Part shown: piece by piece, positions 1 to 13,300 of the stretch | Layout of the letters: the number at the start of each line of letters is the position of its first letter | Position numbering within the stretch: the stretch's first letter is position 1 | Assembly (NCBI RefSeq): GCF_004010195.1 | Contig: NC_057719.1 | Coordinates: forward strand, 57,515,023-57,579,022 | Source of the DNA: Chiloscyllium plagiosum | Lineage: Eukaryota | DNA: 64,000 nt | Reading direction: 5' to 3' | Position numbers and translations under genes: made by a program | The notes under the pieces: model-generated | Database searches by the model: none | What the model saw: only the letters and a program-made list of their open reading frames with translations | Told to the model about the DNA's origin: nothing

Positions 1-209
1 GTTAGGTTCTTCACTCAGCGAGTCGTAAGTTCATGGAATGCCCTGCCAGTAGCAGTGGTGGACTCTCCCTCTTTATGGGCATTTAAGCGGGCATTGGATA
101 GGTATATGGAGGATAGTGGGTTAGTATAGGTTAGGTGGGCTTGGATCGGCGCAACATCGAGGGCCAAAGGGCCTGTACTGCGCTGTATTCTTCTATGTTC
201 TATGTTCTA
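1..209 (+). mobile_element. CR1-clade LINE 3' end (end of ORF2, 3' UTR, microsatellite tail), truncated by window start
   Basis: Reads FFTQRVVSSWNALP, the typical CR1 ORF2 C-terminus, then AAGGGCCTGTACTGCGCTGTA and a (TTCTATG)n tail at ~191-209. Confidence 0.9.
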
Positions 210-1649
210 ATATGTCACACTCACTCTATCTCTGGTACTGAACCCAACTTCCACCAAAGGTCATAGTCTACCATCTCACTAATGCCTGCAACATCTTCCA
301 CCACACGCTGTCACTCACCCCAACTCTGCATGCCCTCTATGCTGTCTACTCACCTGCTCAGGACACTTCCCGACCTGCATTAAAAGAAACAGCTGTGCTA
401 ACCACTTTCACCTCACTTAATACGTGCTCCTCGCTCATTCCAAGAGGAAAACAGCTCACAATGGGGAAAAAACATAAGATGGACCTGTGCTGTTGACTCC
501 TCACCACTTGTAAGGAGATGATTCTGACTTTGACAGCCCTGAGTGGCCATGTCCAAGCCCCTGGCCTGATATTGGAGGCTGCCTTTGACCTTCTGTGCCA
601 GATGTCCCTGATTGAAGGCTGTGTTCATTGACTTGACTGAGGTCTGCAGACAACCTTGAATATGTTCCCATCTAACCAGCAAGGCAACGCAGCAATACTC
701 TGAGCCTATCACTGGCTGAAGGGCAAGGCACAAAAAGACAATATAAGACTAAAAGTGCTGTGAGCACCCAGGTAGTCTTAAGGTGTGTGAGCACAAAGAG
801 AACGAGCGAATAGACCAAATGTGCAGCCTGGCCCAATCCGTGAGCTGGCTGCATGACCCTCCGTGCAAAGTCTCCTTGCTGTAGCATTGTTATGATAGTT
901 TCTGTTGCGCCCTGAGGTGCAAACCTGAAGTGCAGAGCAAGCTACAAGTGGATCAGGTATGGCCACAAGCATTTTTAGAAGTTGGCACATGTCAAATGTA
1001 AATGCCCATGGATGTGAAGGATGTAGTCCAGTGCCCATAGAGCATTCCCTGTAAGTTTGATGCCTGGTATCCAACACAGAGGTCCTTTGTAGAAATTAGC
1101 CAGCTGAACTCACCAGATATTTTGACTTCCTTGATGAAAATTCTTAGCATTCAATTTGCTCGAGGTGGGGACTATGTTGGAAAGTTGATCATTAACATAT
1201 TTGCATGCTATGAATAATCATGAGTGTAATATATTTTCTAATTGCATCCTACCTTCAAGATGAAGTCAGCGCTGCATGGGATTCTCAGGATCCCCACTTC
1301 ACATTTGTTAAAAGGTGTCATGAACCAGTTGGTTTTGTGCAATTGTGAGTGTCAGCAGACTTTCTTGTTAAACTCTGGGGCATAAGAAGAGAAGGAAAAT
1401 GTCAGCTTGCATGGGATTTTGAGATTGGAAAGGGTATGGAGTTCAGGAGCAGAGGAGGGAAGGACCTAGCATTTGGTTAGGGTAGCACTGTGTGTGGGAG
1501 GGAAGGCTACAGGAAAGGGTGGTGAGATAAATGAGTGCCTAAAGACTTATGGATGGTCTGGTTGGAATTGAAAGAAGCGAAAAGTCCCAGTCCTGGGAGG
1601 GTTCATTAAGGGGAAAGATTCAGTTTCTTAGTACAATCAAGTTTTCTTT

Positions 1650-2305
1650 TGTTCATAGGATGTGTGTGGTTCTGGCTGGGTCAGCATTTATTTGCTGTTT
1701 CAAATTGCCCTTGAGAAGGTGGTAATGAGCAATATTCCTAGTGTAGTGCATCAGAATAGGAACACCCATAATGTTGTTAGGAAGTTAGATCCAGGATTTT
1801 GACCAAGTGACAATAAAGGAGTTGTGATATAATTCCAAACCAGGAGGTGAACTTGCTGAGGGTGATCTCATGCATCTGCTGCCTTGTCTTTCTAGTTGGT
1901 GGAGGTTGCAGTTTCGGAAGATGCTGTTCAAAGACCGTTGGTGAGACGTTATAGTGCATCTTATAGATGGTACACACAAAGTTAATAATGTGAGATCCGG
2001 TAATGGTAATGCCACTGAATAATGAGGAATGTTAGTCATGTTCCCTCTTGTTGGAGATGGTCATTGCCTGGCACTTATGAGGCATGATTCTTATTTGGCA
2101 CCTATCAGCCCAAAACTGGATATTGTACAGGTTTTTCTGCACATTGACAGGCACAGCTTCAGTGTCTCAGGAGTTGCACATTGTGCTGAACATCATCAGT
2201 GAAAATTCCCATTTCCAAATTTATGATGCAATGATAGTCTCTGATGGAACTGCTAAAGATGATTGAGCCTCAGCCTATTCTGAGGAACTCCTGCAGAGAT
2301 GATTC
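1650..2305 (-). mobile_element. Decayed 3' part of a second non-LTR LINE family (CR1/L2-superclade)
   Basis: Collinear similarity to 41670-42720, e.g. CCCTTGAGAAGGT, CCAGGATTTTGAC, TCATTGCCTG and ATGTC/CTATCAGCCCAA. Confidence 0.7.
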
Positions 2306-2682
2306 AAAATTGAATTGCACCTTCAGATCCAAGAAATCAAACTGGGAGGGGTCCCTGCTGATTGAGTGGAGTTCTCAGTGTGGGCAATTTAATTATTAAA
2401 GGTACTCACTGCTCATCAGGTCTATGAATGAGAATTATGGGCAAGCATGTTTTATCTCATTGTCTGCCCTCTTAATAAAATGAAATTGCGACAATAGTCA
2501 TTGGTCTCAATCACAAACATTCTGGGAGCTTCAGGAACACAACTGCAAGGGTGTGGTGAAAGAATCTCTTGCCCGCCGCCATCAGATGTTCCATCACCAA
2601 TAGCAGGCAGCACCAAAGCAGGGTGGGAGAGTTTGGTTCAGATGCAGGGAAAGAATCATTGAAAAATGGCTTTGGCTGTTCA

Positions 2683-3207
2683 GCACGTCTTCAGTACAAG
2701 AACTAACTACCTGCAGATGTGTGAGAGGTAGTGCCAGATATGACTAAAAATGTTCCAGGAAATAATCACTGCTATATGTCGGAATGTTCCTCAAGATCTA
2801 CAGCTAGGTTGATTTTTTTGGTAACCCCATGCCAGTGGCCTTCAAGGTCACAGTGATGATCAGTTTCTTTACTAACACTGCAAAGGGCAATGGGTGTCCT
2901 GTGTGGCATCTCACAGGCTGCCACACACAAGTGCTCGAAGTACTTGGCCAATGTCCTAAAATTGTGCCACTGACATCACCCATGATGACAGCCAGGGAGC
3001 AAGGTTAATGGTCTTCAATATAATTGCTCAGCCCCCTGGAGTGTACAGGGTCTTCAGCTGAAATCATTTGAGGTCCCTGGGACTAGAAAACTGCATTTCA
3101 AAAACGCAAGAGCTATCTCTCTTTGAGTGTGCAACTGCTCTGTGATCACAAGAGAATAATGGAAGATTGTGCTTGTTTCCCAGGGAGCTGTCACAATGCA
3201 TTCATGT
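2683..3207 (+). mobile_element. PIF/Harbinger (HARBI1-like) transposase relic
   Basis: Hand translation across stops and frameshifts gives TRTNYLQMCER*CQI*LKM, PMPVAFKVTVMISFF, VLCGISQAATHKC and YLSLSVQLLCDHKRIMEDCACFPGSCHNAF. These match Harbinger DDE motifs (SLNVQLVCD, PGSxHD). Confidence 0.85.
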
Positions 3208-3479
3208 GTTTAAAAGAGACTGGCAAAAGAGGGATGAAATAGAAGGACGAACTGATTTACTAATGCACGAGTGCAATTGTGGGCATAGTGGCTAAATTGG
3301 GTAACTCAGTGTAAATGATACTGTATGCAAATTACTTTTTTTTAGGAAAGAGTGATTTTTGGATGGAAAAGCAATATTAATATCCTTCCTGCCTTGTTGT
3401 AATCATGTGACCTATGCCATAAAGCACACTCAGACAGCCATCTTACCAGCAATTCTAATAAAGACAGCATACAATTTGT

Positions 3480-3900
3480 CCTTGAATGCGTAACACTGCA
3501 GGGGGTTTTCATTCTCTCCACAGAAGAAACCATGCGTTCACATGCCTGAGGCCTGGCAGAACTCACAGTATCCATGGATTCCTCTACATCCATTGCAATG
3601 TTGTACATAATTCCTGTCACCTCCACTATATGTTCCCTTGCTCTATGTTGCATGTCAAGCAGGCTGCTTGTGATTGCAACCAGCACGGAGCTCAGCAGAG
3701 TGGTCCTCTGATGGTCTTGCTGTCACAGCCTCCCTCAGCAGCTGGCTGGTATCTGTGGTGTACTCACCAGACTGTGTTCCTGAAACTAAATGCAATGCCT
3801 CAGTAATGTGTGTGAGTGTACCTGCACTGACAGAGGTTGATAATCAGCCAGATGACAGTGCAGGCTTTGGAGCATAGAGTTCATTAACTCCAGGTGTAGA
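3480..3900 (-). mobile_element. Possible relic of the second (Myb/SANT-type) ORF of the adjacent Harbinger element
   Basis: The minus-strand ORF 3342-3686 (VEESMDTVSS...CERMVSSVERM) lies convergent to the transposase relic. The call rests on position and composition only. Confidence 0.3.
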
Positions 3901-4651
3901 GTCGTCTGTCTTCAGGATGTTGTTGATCGGAGTGGAGAACAAACAGAACCACATAATGGATAATCATAGCATGAGCATTTCTAATTCCATCAGGAACATC
4001 CAATGTCCCCTTCTGTCACTACCAAGTGATAATGAAGTCCAATTGCAAGAAAGGGCCAAGATGTTTGTTTTTCTTTGTGAAGAAAGGTAATTGACAAGCT
4101 CAATCTTGTAGCTGTCCCAGTTGTCTCTTATTTATATGGGGTCAAAGAAAATTAATATCCACCCACCTGTTTCTCTTAACATTAACTACGCAATTTACAA
4201 GCATCATCATGAGTGACACGTTATTCACACTAGAATGGTTGCCTTTTCCTCTTTAGACTTGGCAGGTCCAGCTCACCAAGTGGGAAGGATCTCCCCTCCT
4301 CTTACCCTGCAATCGCTGGTGTGTTATCGTTGGCTCTGCTAAGGAGACTGAAGTTAGCCATTTCACCGCTGGTCTGTCTTCTCTCCCTGGCATTATTTGT
4401 CTGCTTGTCCTGCATGGTGATATGTCGAGTGACACTTAAACTCCTTGCCTGTATGGATTCCCATCACATACATTTACATATTATGTCTAAGCATAATGTC
4501 GACATGCTTTTGCCTCAATTAACAACTGGCATGACAGCTGATCACGCATTCATACTTCTAAGAAGACTGCCCACTTACACATATTCATTATTGATGAATT
4601 CATAATGAACTTGTATTGAAAATGTAATACTTGAACTTAGTCTGGTTGATC

Positions 4652-5596
4652 AGTCATACAGTCATAGAGATGTACAGCATGGAAACAAACTCTTCAGTCC
4701 AACCTGTCCATGCCAACCAGATATCCCAACCCAATCTAGTCCCACCTGCCAACACCCAGCCCATATCCCTCCAAACCCTTCCTATTCATATACCCATCCA
4801 AATGCCTCTTAAATGTTGCAATTGTACCAGCCTCCACCANNNNNNNNNNNNNNNNNNNNNNNNNNNNNNNNNNNNNNNNNNNNNNNNNNNNNNNNNNNNN
4901 NNNNNNNNNNNNNNNNNNNNNNNNNNNNNNNNNNNNNNNNNNNNNNNNNNNNNNNNNNNNNNNNNNNNNNNNNNNNNNNNNNNNNNNNNNNNNNNNNNNN
5001 NNNNNNNNNNNNNNNNNNNNNNNNNNNNNNNNNNNNNNNNNNNNNNNNNNNNNNNNNNNNNNNNNNNNNNNNNNNNNNNNNNNNNNNNNNNNNNNNNNNN
5101 NNNNNNNNNNNNNNNNNNNNNNNNNNNNNNNNNNNNNNNNNNNNNNNNNNNNNNNNNNNNNNNNNNNNNNNNNNNNNNNNNNNNNNNNNNNNNNNNNNNN
5201 NNNNNNNNNNNNNNNNNNNNNNNNNNNNNNNNNNNNNNNNNNNNNNNNNNNNNNNNNNNNNNNNNNNNNNNNNNNNNNNNNNNNNNNNNNNNNNNNNNNN
5301 NNNNNNNNTGCTCCCCCACTGATACCTCAGTCACCTGCCCTGCCTTATTTCCCAAGAGTAGGTCAGGTTTTGCACCTTCTCTAGTAGGTACATCCACATA
5401 CTGAATCAGAAAATTGTCTTGTACACAATTAAGAAATTCCTCTCCATCTAAACCTTTAACACTATGGCAGTCCCAGTTGATGTTTGGAAAGTTAAAATCC
5501 CCTACCATAGCTATCCTATTATTCTTACAGATAGCTGAGATCTCCTTACAAGTTTGTTTCTCAATTTCCCTCTGACTATTGGGGGGTCTACAATGG
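4652..5596 (-). mobile_element. HER1/CR1 LINE pieces either side of an assembly gap: 3' end at 4652-4839, APE endonuclease region at 5309-5596
   Basis: ORF 4786-5508 reads VGDFNFPNINWD...FLIQYVDVPTREGAKPDLLLGN (APE endonuclease GDFN motif). The left piece has the CR1 3' UTR and tail (TCATAGAGATGTACAGCATGGAAACA). Confidence 0.9.
4840..5308. other. Assembly gap (469 N)
   Basis: Run of N. Confidence 1.
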
Positions 5597-6744
5597 AAGT
5601 TGTTGATTCAATGCAATGGAGCCAAGTTCTTGCATGGATTCTATGTTTGCTTGCCTCCTCTGTCACCTTCAACAGGCCATCCTTGGTCAGGCCAAGGGCC
5701 TTCGGATATCATCCAGAGGAAAAAGGCCATCCCTTCTTTCCCTGATGGCCTGGAGAAGCACCTGTAGGCTGAATCTCACTGAACCATGTGACACTCTGAC
5801 ATTACAAAGGGAGACAATATAGATGGGATTTTGCTATGTCTTTGTCAGCCTTGTAGATAAAAATGTAGAAAATAAGTGTTGAAGCATTTGTCCTCAAGTC
5901 TACTCTAATGTTCAACAAGTGCAAGATTGATATTGGCCCAGCAATTCTATCACTGCTAAGGATGCTAATATATGATCTATAAGTCTAAAATCCTCAGCCA
6001 TGTTTTGAAATTCCTCCATCTCCTCATCCCTCCCTTTTTCTGTGACCTACATCAGTGTTACAAGCTTTTGATGTCTCTCCACTCTTCCATTCCCGAATTT
6101 AATCAGTCCCTGTTTAGAGACTGTACTTTCAGTCCTAGGATCTAAACTCTGGAATTACTTCCGATAACCATTCTGCCCCTCTTTCCTCCTTTTCTGTAGA
6201 GACACCCATAGTGCCATTTAGAATTCTCTTCCTGGTAGCTCTGTATGTGTACCTACACCATACCACACTGGTTCAAAAAGGCAACACTCCATCACCTTCA
6301 CCAGGGAAATTAGAGATCAGAAATAAGTAAAATCACATCACGTTAACTAGCGATGGTCCAACTACAAATTTATGTTAAATGGAATTTCAAGATTACTAAG
6401 AAACCCTATGAAACCCAGTTTGAAAACACAATGACATTATGTGAAGAACATTTCTATTTTTCAATTTGTTCACACATTAAAATGACCTGACTTTGTACAA
6501 TAAAAGGCATTGAAAAGTGTTGGGGGTTAGTTTGGGAAAATGTGAGTAATCTTTTTCTGTTTAGCATGCAGACTTTGTACAAGTCCGTCATTGCGCCATT
6601 GCAGTCAAACATCTTTTATCTTTCCGTGCTGCAGTGCAAAATCTAAAAGCATTTCAATCAGCTTTGTGGCTCTAGCTAAGGTGACAGTTAGATTAGTGAT
6701 TTGGCACTCATTGGACATCCTAGGGTTATCAGGTTGATAATCTT

Positions 6745-7375
6745 CCTTGGCTATTCACCTTATCTATGCCCCTCATGTTTTATAAACTTTTAGAAAGTCA
6801 CCCCTCAGCCTCTGACGCTCCAGGGAAAACAGCCCCAGTCTATTCAACGTCTCTCTATAGCTCAAACCTCCAACCCTGGCAACATCCTTGTAAATCTTTT
6901 CTGAACCCTTCCAAGTTTCACAGCATCCTTCCTATAATAGGGAGACCAGAATTGAACGCAGTATTCCAAAAGTACAGCCAGAACATCACCTCCCAACTCC
7001 TGTACTCATTGCAGTCACCAATATAGGTAAGCATAACAAAACACTTTCTTCACTATCCTGTCTATGTGTAACTCTACTTGCAAGGAACTATGAATCTGCA
7101 CTCCAAGGTCTTCCTCAGGAAGTTCATTCCACACACAAACCAGCTGTGCAAAAATATTGCCTCATGTCTTTTTAAATCTCGGTCCTCTCACCTTAAAAAT
7201 GTGCTGAGTCTTGAAATTTCTCCATCCTAGGGAAAAGACAGCTATCATTAACTCTCCATACCTCTCATTATTTTATAAACATCTATCAGGTCACCTCTTA
7301 ACCTCCTACGCTCCAGCAAAAAAAAAGTCCTAGCACATCCAGCCTTTCTTTATAACTCAAAATGTCCATACCATA
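6745..7375 (-). mobile_element. Two adjacent CR1/HER1 ORF2 C-terminal fragments
   Basis: CTCCAGGGAAAACAGCCCCAGTCTATTCAA and CCTGGCAACATCCTTGTAAATC are shared with the other CR1 copies. A second fragment starts at ~7110. Confidence 0.85.
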
Positions 7376-10300
7376 TTGACTTCTCCCATCACTTTTTGTG
7401 GTTCAAGAGCACAGGAAGCTCACATGGTATATATTTTTAAAATGGCATTTTTATCAGTTGTTTAATCAATCAGGAACAAAATTCATTATCTTTTTGGGTC
7501 TTTTCAAAAGAGACATTATCTGCCGGCAGAGCAATGTGCTGCAGTGAACTAACAAGCAAGTTAGTTTGACAACCAGTCTCATAAGTTAAGTTCACAATCA
7601 ACTACCATAAACATCAGTTTACCCAATTTAGTCAAAAGAAGGTACTCTACTTGATGAATGGGAGGTTTTTACAATTTTCCATTAAAACAGCCTTCTAATT
7701 AAATTCTTAATCATTCTACATCATAAGTTTTCTGATTATTTTCTCCCTTATGTTGGAGATAATCTTAAGCTTTGCTTAACTATCAGTAGAAATATTGATA
7801 GAAAAGAACTAATGCAAAATTCTAGTTTAACTTTGAGTCTGAAATAAATTTTCTATTGGGGACAGCTAAGTTTTGTAAAAAATCACAACAAAATATTTGA
7901 ATCATCAACTTTGTTTTGTATATCATGACAAGGAAATATTTAAGCTGAAAATCTTTCATCTTTTAAAAATAATCACTTCATAATACACGTAAAGCAGTTT
8001 GTTATGTAGGAAGTGACAAGATATATTTTACATAATGTGTTTAAGATTATCACAATCACGACAGCAAAGTTCTTAAAATATCTAAGTCAGTAATGTCGCA
8101 GTCAACTGCTTTAGATATTTGAGTTCTATAGTGTTATCATTAACTGGTAAAGTACTTGTTTATCTTCCATTACAATTTGTACAGTTTTAAACCATTAAGA
8201 AGAGGAGCATAATTGCTGACAAGCCTGGACCACTGCAGAAATCACTTCCTTGTTGACAGCAATTTTTCTCCTCGACCTAAATGTCACAGATTTCTGATTT
8301 GTGCAGATCTGTTATGGACTCATCAGTTGATTTACTGCACCTGTCACCTGTGTGCTAGTATTCTACTCAGGATCAATTTACATAACCTCATTTAATGGTT
8401 CACAAATCATGCCCATTAAGCCAAGCTAACAGGAGCTGAGGGTTCTAATTTACTCTGCCTTTCACAGCAGGAAATTGGGAGGCTGGAGTCTGTGGATAAA
8501 GAAGCAGGTCTTGGCTTTGATTGTTGATTGTGATGGTAAATGTATGGATGATTAGAACAGATTTTCACTTTATTGATTTCCTGCCAAAATACAGCATGTT
8601 ATAATGCAAAAGGAGGCCGTTTGCCAGCAATGATAAAGTGACAGTTGTGTACTTGCTCCAAGTCAAGATGATACTTGGAGCAACATAAAATGACAAATAC
8701 TGAAAACATTAACAAACTGGCACTTTTGTTTTCCATAATTGTTGGAAATATGCATGAAAATAACAGTACAATGAGTCGATACTTTATAAAGTTGAATAAT
8801 TCTTTGACTGCAGTTATATTCCTGTCCTGATATTTCAACTAGCAAGACCCCTTTTTATTGTGTGTGTGTGTGTGATTAAAGAGCTCTGGATATATATGCT
8901 TACACACGCATCCGTGGTTCGACATCCAGTTTGTATAGAACAAATGTCAATGTCCTCAAAGTGTTTTATAAAAAGGCTGCTTAGGTTTCTGATATGTCAG
9001 GTGCTCCAATAGGCATCCAAGCACTAGTCATACCCCATTTGTTGTCAAGCCCAAGCAGTGTGATACAGCTTTCCCAGTGGGCTGTCAGATTCTGGAGGTA
9101 GATAGTGATTGAAGTGAAATCTTGTCATCACTGAAATGTTAGCAATAGAAGAATAAGTGTAACTATCTTTATACACATTGCTTTTGCATAGAAGTTGTCA
9201 TTCATTCAATTGTATTGAAATCACAGATTTAGGTCAACACATTTTTCATTTTAAAATCATAATCTATGGCAACTGTGTTAGCTAACATATTCATGTAGAA
9301 AAAAATCACTTTTTTTGTAAAAACTTGCAAAATAATTTGCAACCTAATACATTTTTATTTTGACCATACTCTACTGAGCCTTTAAAAAAATACAGTTGAG
9401 ACAAGGTGACTAATGACAGTGAGCAACATTTTATCAGTTTGACCATTGCTCCAATTTGACTCACAATTACAAAATTACATGAACTATCATCATTATTGCT
9501 CTAAACAATTCATATAGCTCTTATGTGATGATTGGATTTCCCTTTTGAATTAAATGCTTTTATTTATAAATCCTTTAAACTTTCCTTGATATTAAGGTAT
9601 TGTCACACTTGATGAATTATTGTAAGCATGTCACCACATAGTGGAAGTCAAGTACAATTGAATGATACTCAGTTAGAATTAGATTTGGCATGATATTCTA
9701 AAAAAAGGGCTCAATTCAGAGTTTCCACTTGCTTCTGTTAAACTTGTCACTTGTAGGTGCTAGAGTGCTTGTTGTGTTAGTTTAATTAGTCAACAAATTG
9801 TTCGCTACTTGATTGCATGGTTGATCACATTCTTGATGGAGATATTAACAAGTGACAAGAGTCTCTTACACCACGGTCTAAAAAGATAAGCTCTTCTATA
9901 TTATTCCATTTGGCACTGCCAATGTTTATTAGATCATGTGCCTCACATGCAGCATGCCTACAAGTGAGAGGCAAGAAAAAGTTCACAGGCTTATGCTTGT
10001 CGGAGTCTAAAGGGAAGGTCACTGAGCAATTGGTGTGCGAAGAGTGCAAATAAGATAAGTGTTTGCTCCTACGATGCCTTAGAAATTCATTATTTGCTAC
10101 AGTTCCTTCAGATATCCCTTTGAGCTATTTCACTTAAGGATAATTTATGGCAAGAACAGAGTGGTTCTTGAAAGTACTATAGCAACTGGAGCTGAATGCT
10201 TAGTCTACAGGCCGCATACACAGCCAAGAATGGCCTGCAAATTGCTTGTATTTGTATTCAAAATAAAAAAAAAGATGAAAACAAAATTGCTTTAATATTC

Positions 10301-13300
10301 TATGAAACTAATGGGTTTACTTCAATATAAATACTATAGTTAATTTACCATCACTTTCTGTTTTGCTGGTACAAATTACTATGTTAATAAAACTCTCTGT
10401 AGGGCTGTTGAATGAGAATCATCGAGTCAGACTTCACAAAAGGATTTCTCTATTCATGTTTTGGCAAGACTAACAACAAAAGGGAGTGGATCCTTTTCAT
10501 GTTATAGTTTTTCAAAAGTATCTGTGATGCGCTCACAAAGACATAGATTTTTGTTTTTAGCATTCCTCTCTTTAAATTCAATTAATCACCAACATTTGCT
10601 GCAGATACAGTTTGTGAAACAGAAACATCTTTTTCAGAATTTTTATTTCCATTTAAATTTAAAATATGTAGCCTATAATTTAGATTACGTGCACAATATT
10701 TTACAAATTTTGGTAAATGCATTTTTTAAATTCGGCTCACTCCAGGACCCCAGAAAAGCACAGCATTTAGTTGAGTTATATCTTGGCTAAAACACTTTAT
10801 GAAATCTGCTGTGCCGTCTTATTATGCGCCAAAGGCTCATGCTAAGTACTTTTGAAGTTTTATGATATTCTTCTGCAGTTTGTTCTTTCAAATGAAATCT
10901 ACCAAACAGATCAATTTTTTTTGGTAGCAAATGTTTTTTTTTGTTTGAATAGGCAACGATTATTGACATTATGAAAATAGCACAGCAGTTTTTTTAATTT
11001 TACATAATCACATTTTTAGAAAGCATTTGAAGATCTTTGCAAATCAGATTTAAAATAATCTTGTCCTAGGCAGAAATCTCAGTTTTCCTTTTCTTGTCAG
11101 GGAATTGACAACAGAAAGAAATAAACTGTCATTCTTTTCCCTTGTGCAGTTTGATAGCCAGACGCTGCCAGTTGTTGCTAGGGTAGTCATGCTGTTAAAT
11201 TAGGTTTAATGAACAAGTAATTGCTTTATATATAGTGAACAGTTTCAAAGAAAACAAGGATTCTAATTGATTTGCAATTTGTTTGGCACATTGCATTGTC
11301 CAGTGTACTATTGATTAGTCTTCTGTATTTCACACTGCATGTGTTTCCCTTTATTAAGGGAATAACAGGTTACTGATTACTTTCCTCCTGGGTTTAATGT
11401 AGCGGTTAATGTCTACTTTGTTCCTGTGTCATGTTGCAGGGCAGGCACGAATAATATGCGAGTGGGTGGCCCTTTGCCACTAAAGTTCCCCACTGGTGTG
11501 AGCTGTGTATTCCATGGCATGTTGAAAGGAAGATCACTGAAAAGGGTTAGAATAGCAAGAGTCACAGGTTATGGCCTGTACAAGACCAGCACAGAACTGC
11601 AAACTTAGCTTTTCACATAGGGTATCAGTACAACATGCTATTAGTAAACTTTTTTTTAATGCAGTGGCATAATTTGCAGACATATGTTAAAAGAAAATAC
11701 CAGAAACACCAGGAGAAAATATATTCTCAATTAATAAATAAAATTAATATATATCGTTAACATGTCAAATGTAAAAATTATATTTAATAATCTGAGTAAT
11801 TTTAATTTAATATTCTAGAGCTGAATATTTGAACCTCAAAGAAAAATCACTATAGAAATTGCTTTCAATATATTTTTGGGAAAATAATGGTTGGATTCAA
11901 GTGCCTGTTGAATGTATGAAATTATTGCTTAATCTTGAAAGAGATGCAAAAGAAATATCTGAATGAAAATAACTAATTGCGTGGAACAATAGCTACCAAA
12001 TACAATGATTAGATGAAGCAAACTGTAGTCTGTGAACATTGATTTGCACGTTAGCTAATTGTTAATTTTAGCAAATGCTATGGCTAATTACTGTGGCACA
12101 CATCGGCTATTAGCATGACACCCTACCACCTGCTTTTCCTATGAGCGGATTTCACCATTGCTGGCAGTAAAGCAAGTGGTACAATTATTGGCTATCAGTG
12201 GAGCAATTTTTCAGCTATTCTTTTGTGTGAACTGAATAAAACATAATGACATATTTTATTAGAGGGCAAATAGCCATTTGTCACTGACAGGAGGTCCATG
12301 TTAGAGAGACACAAAGTAAAGTTATCCTTGGTAGTGGAGATTTAAAGACCTCCTGCAAATTCAATATGTTTATTTTTTGATGTATATACGTATGTTTATA
12401 TTGATGACTCCAATCAACTACTCTAAAGTATATTCTCAGCTTTATTTTCTCATGCTTATACAGATGATGCAAAACGAAGTCTTAATCAAAATTCCTTTGG
12501 GAAAATTTTTAATGTAGAATTACGTGTTTGAAAATCATTAATGACTATGCAGGAAATGTCTACTACTGAGAGAACATATCAGATTGAATTGCTTTATACT
12601 CAAATATGACTACATAACTCTCAAAAGCAGAAACTATAAAATCTAAAAGACCCATAAAAGCCTACATTGTTTGCAAAATACAAATTAAATTGCATTGAAG
12701 TTCACTATGACTATTCACACTTGAAAATTAAAAGGCAAGCTAAGTTCACAGATATTACAATTAGCTTCTTCATACAGCGTAGAATAGAACACAGAGATTG
12801 TTTTGCATGTTTCAGTGGATTTAGTCAGTTTAATTGACCAGAAAAAATCCAATAAGTCTATGCGTGGGGCATGTAACACACACCAGTCATTGCTTTCAGA
12901 GATAAAATCAATGGAGCCCCAGCGATATAAAATTCAGATTTGTCAATTGTTTTTCTTGTCTGGAAGAACACAAACCATTTTGTACATAGTTGACTAGAAA
13001 TTTAATGTAAACATGACATAGCAGCCATAAGAAATAAAAGGTCAGTTTTTTTATAGTAATTGTTAAATAAATGTTTATTCCTATTTATTTATTTGACAAT
13101 AATACATAGTTGTATATCAGAATTAAATTTTATGAAGACAGAGTACATTGAAAATTTTAATCACTAGAGACAAACATTAGATATCGTTATTGAAGAAAAA
13201 GATTGTCAAGAATAAAAAGTTGTCAAACATTGTATTATTACTGAAATATGGCTACATTTCTCCACCACTGAGGCTAGGAAAAATAAACTAAAATACTTGA

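Noticed and set aside
3486..3806. Plus-strand ORF containing GFHSL, like a Harbinger motif
   Set aside because: The corresponding motif is already present at ~3110 and the surrounding residues do not match, so it is probably coincidental
4631..5404. Long ORFs of 169-257 aa
   Set aside because: Open only because of the N gap. The flanks are CR1 sequence
8076..8120. Imperfect 16-bp inverted repeat (AAATATCTAAGTCAGT / ACTGCTTTAGATATTT)
   Set aside because: Short, AT-rich and mismatched, so it could be chance
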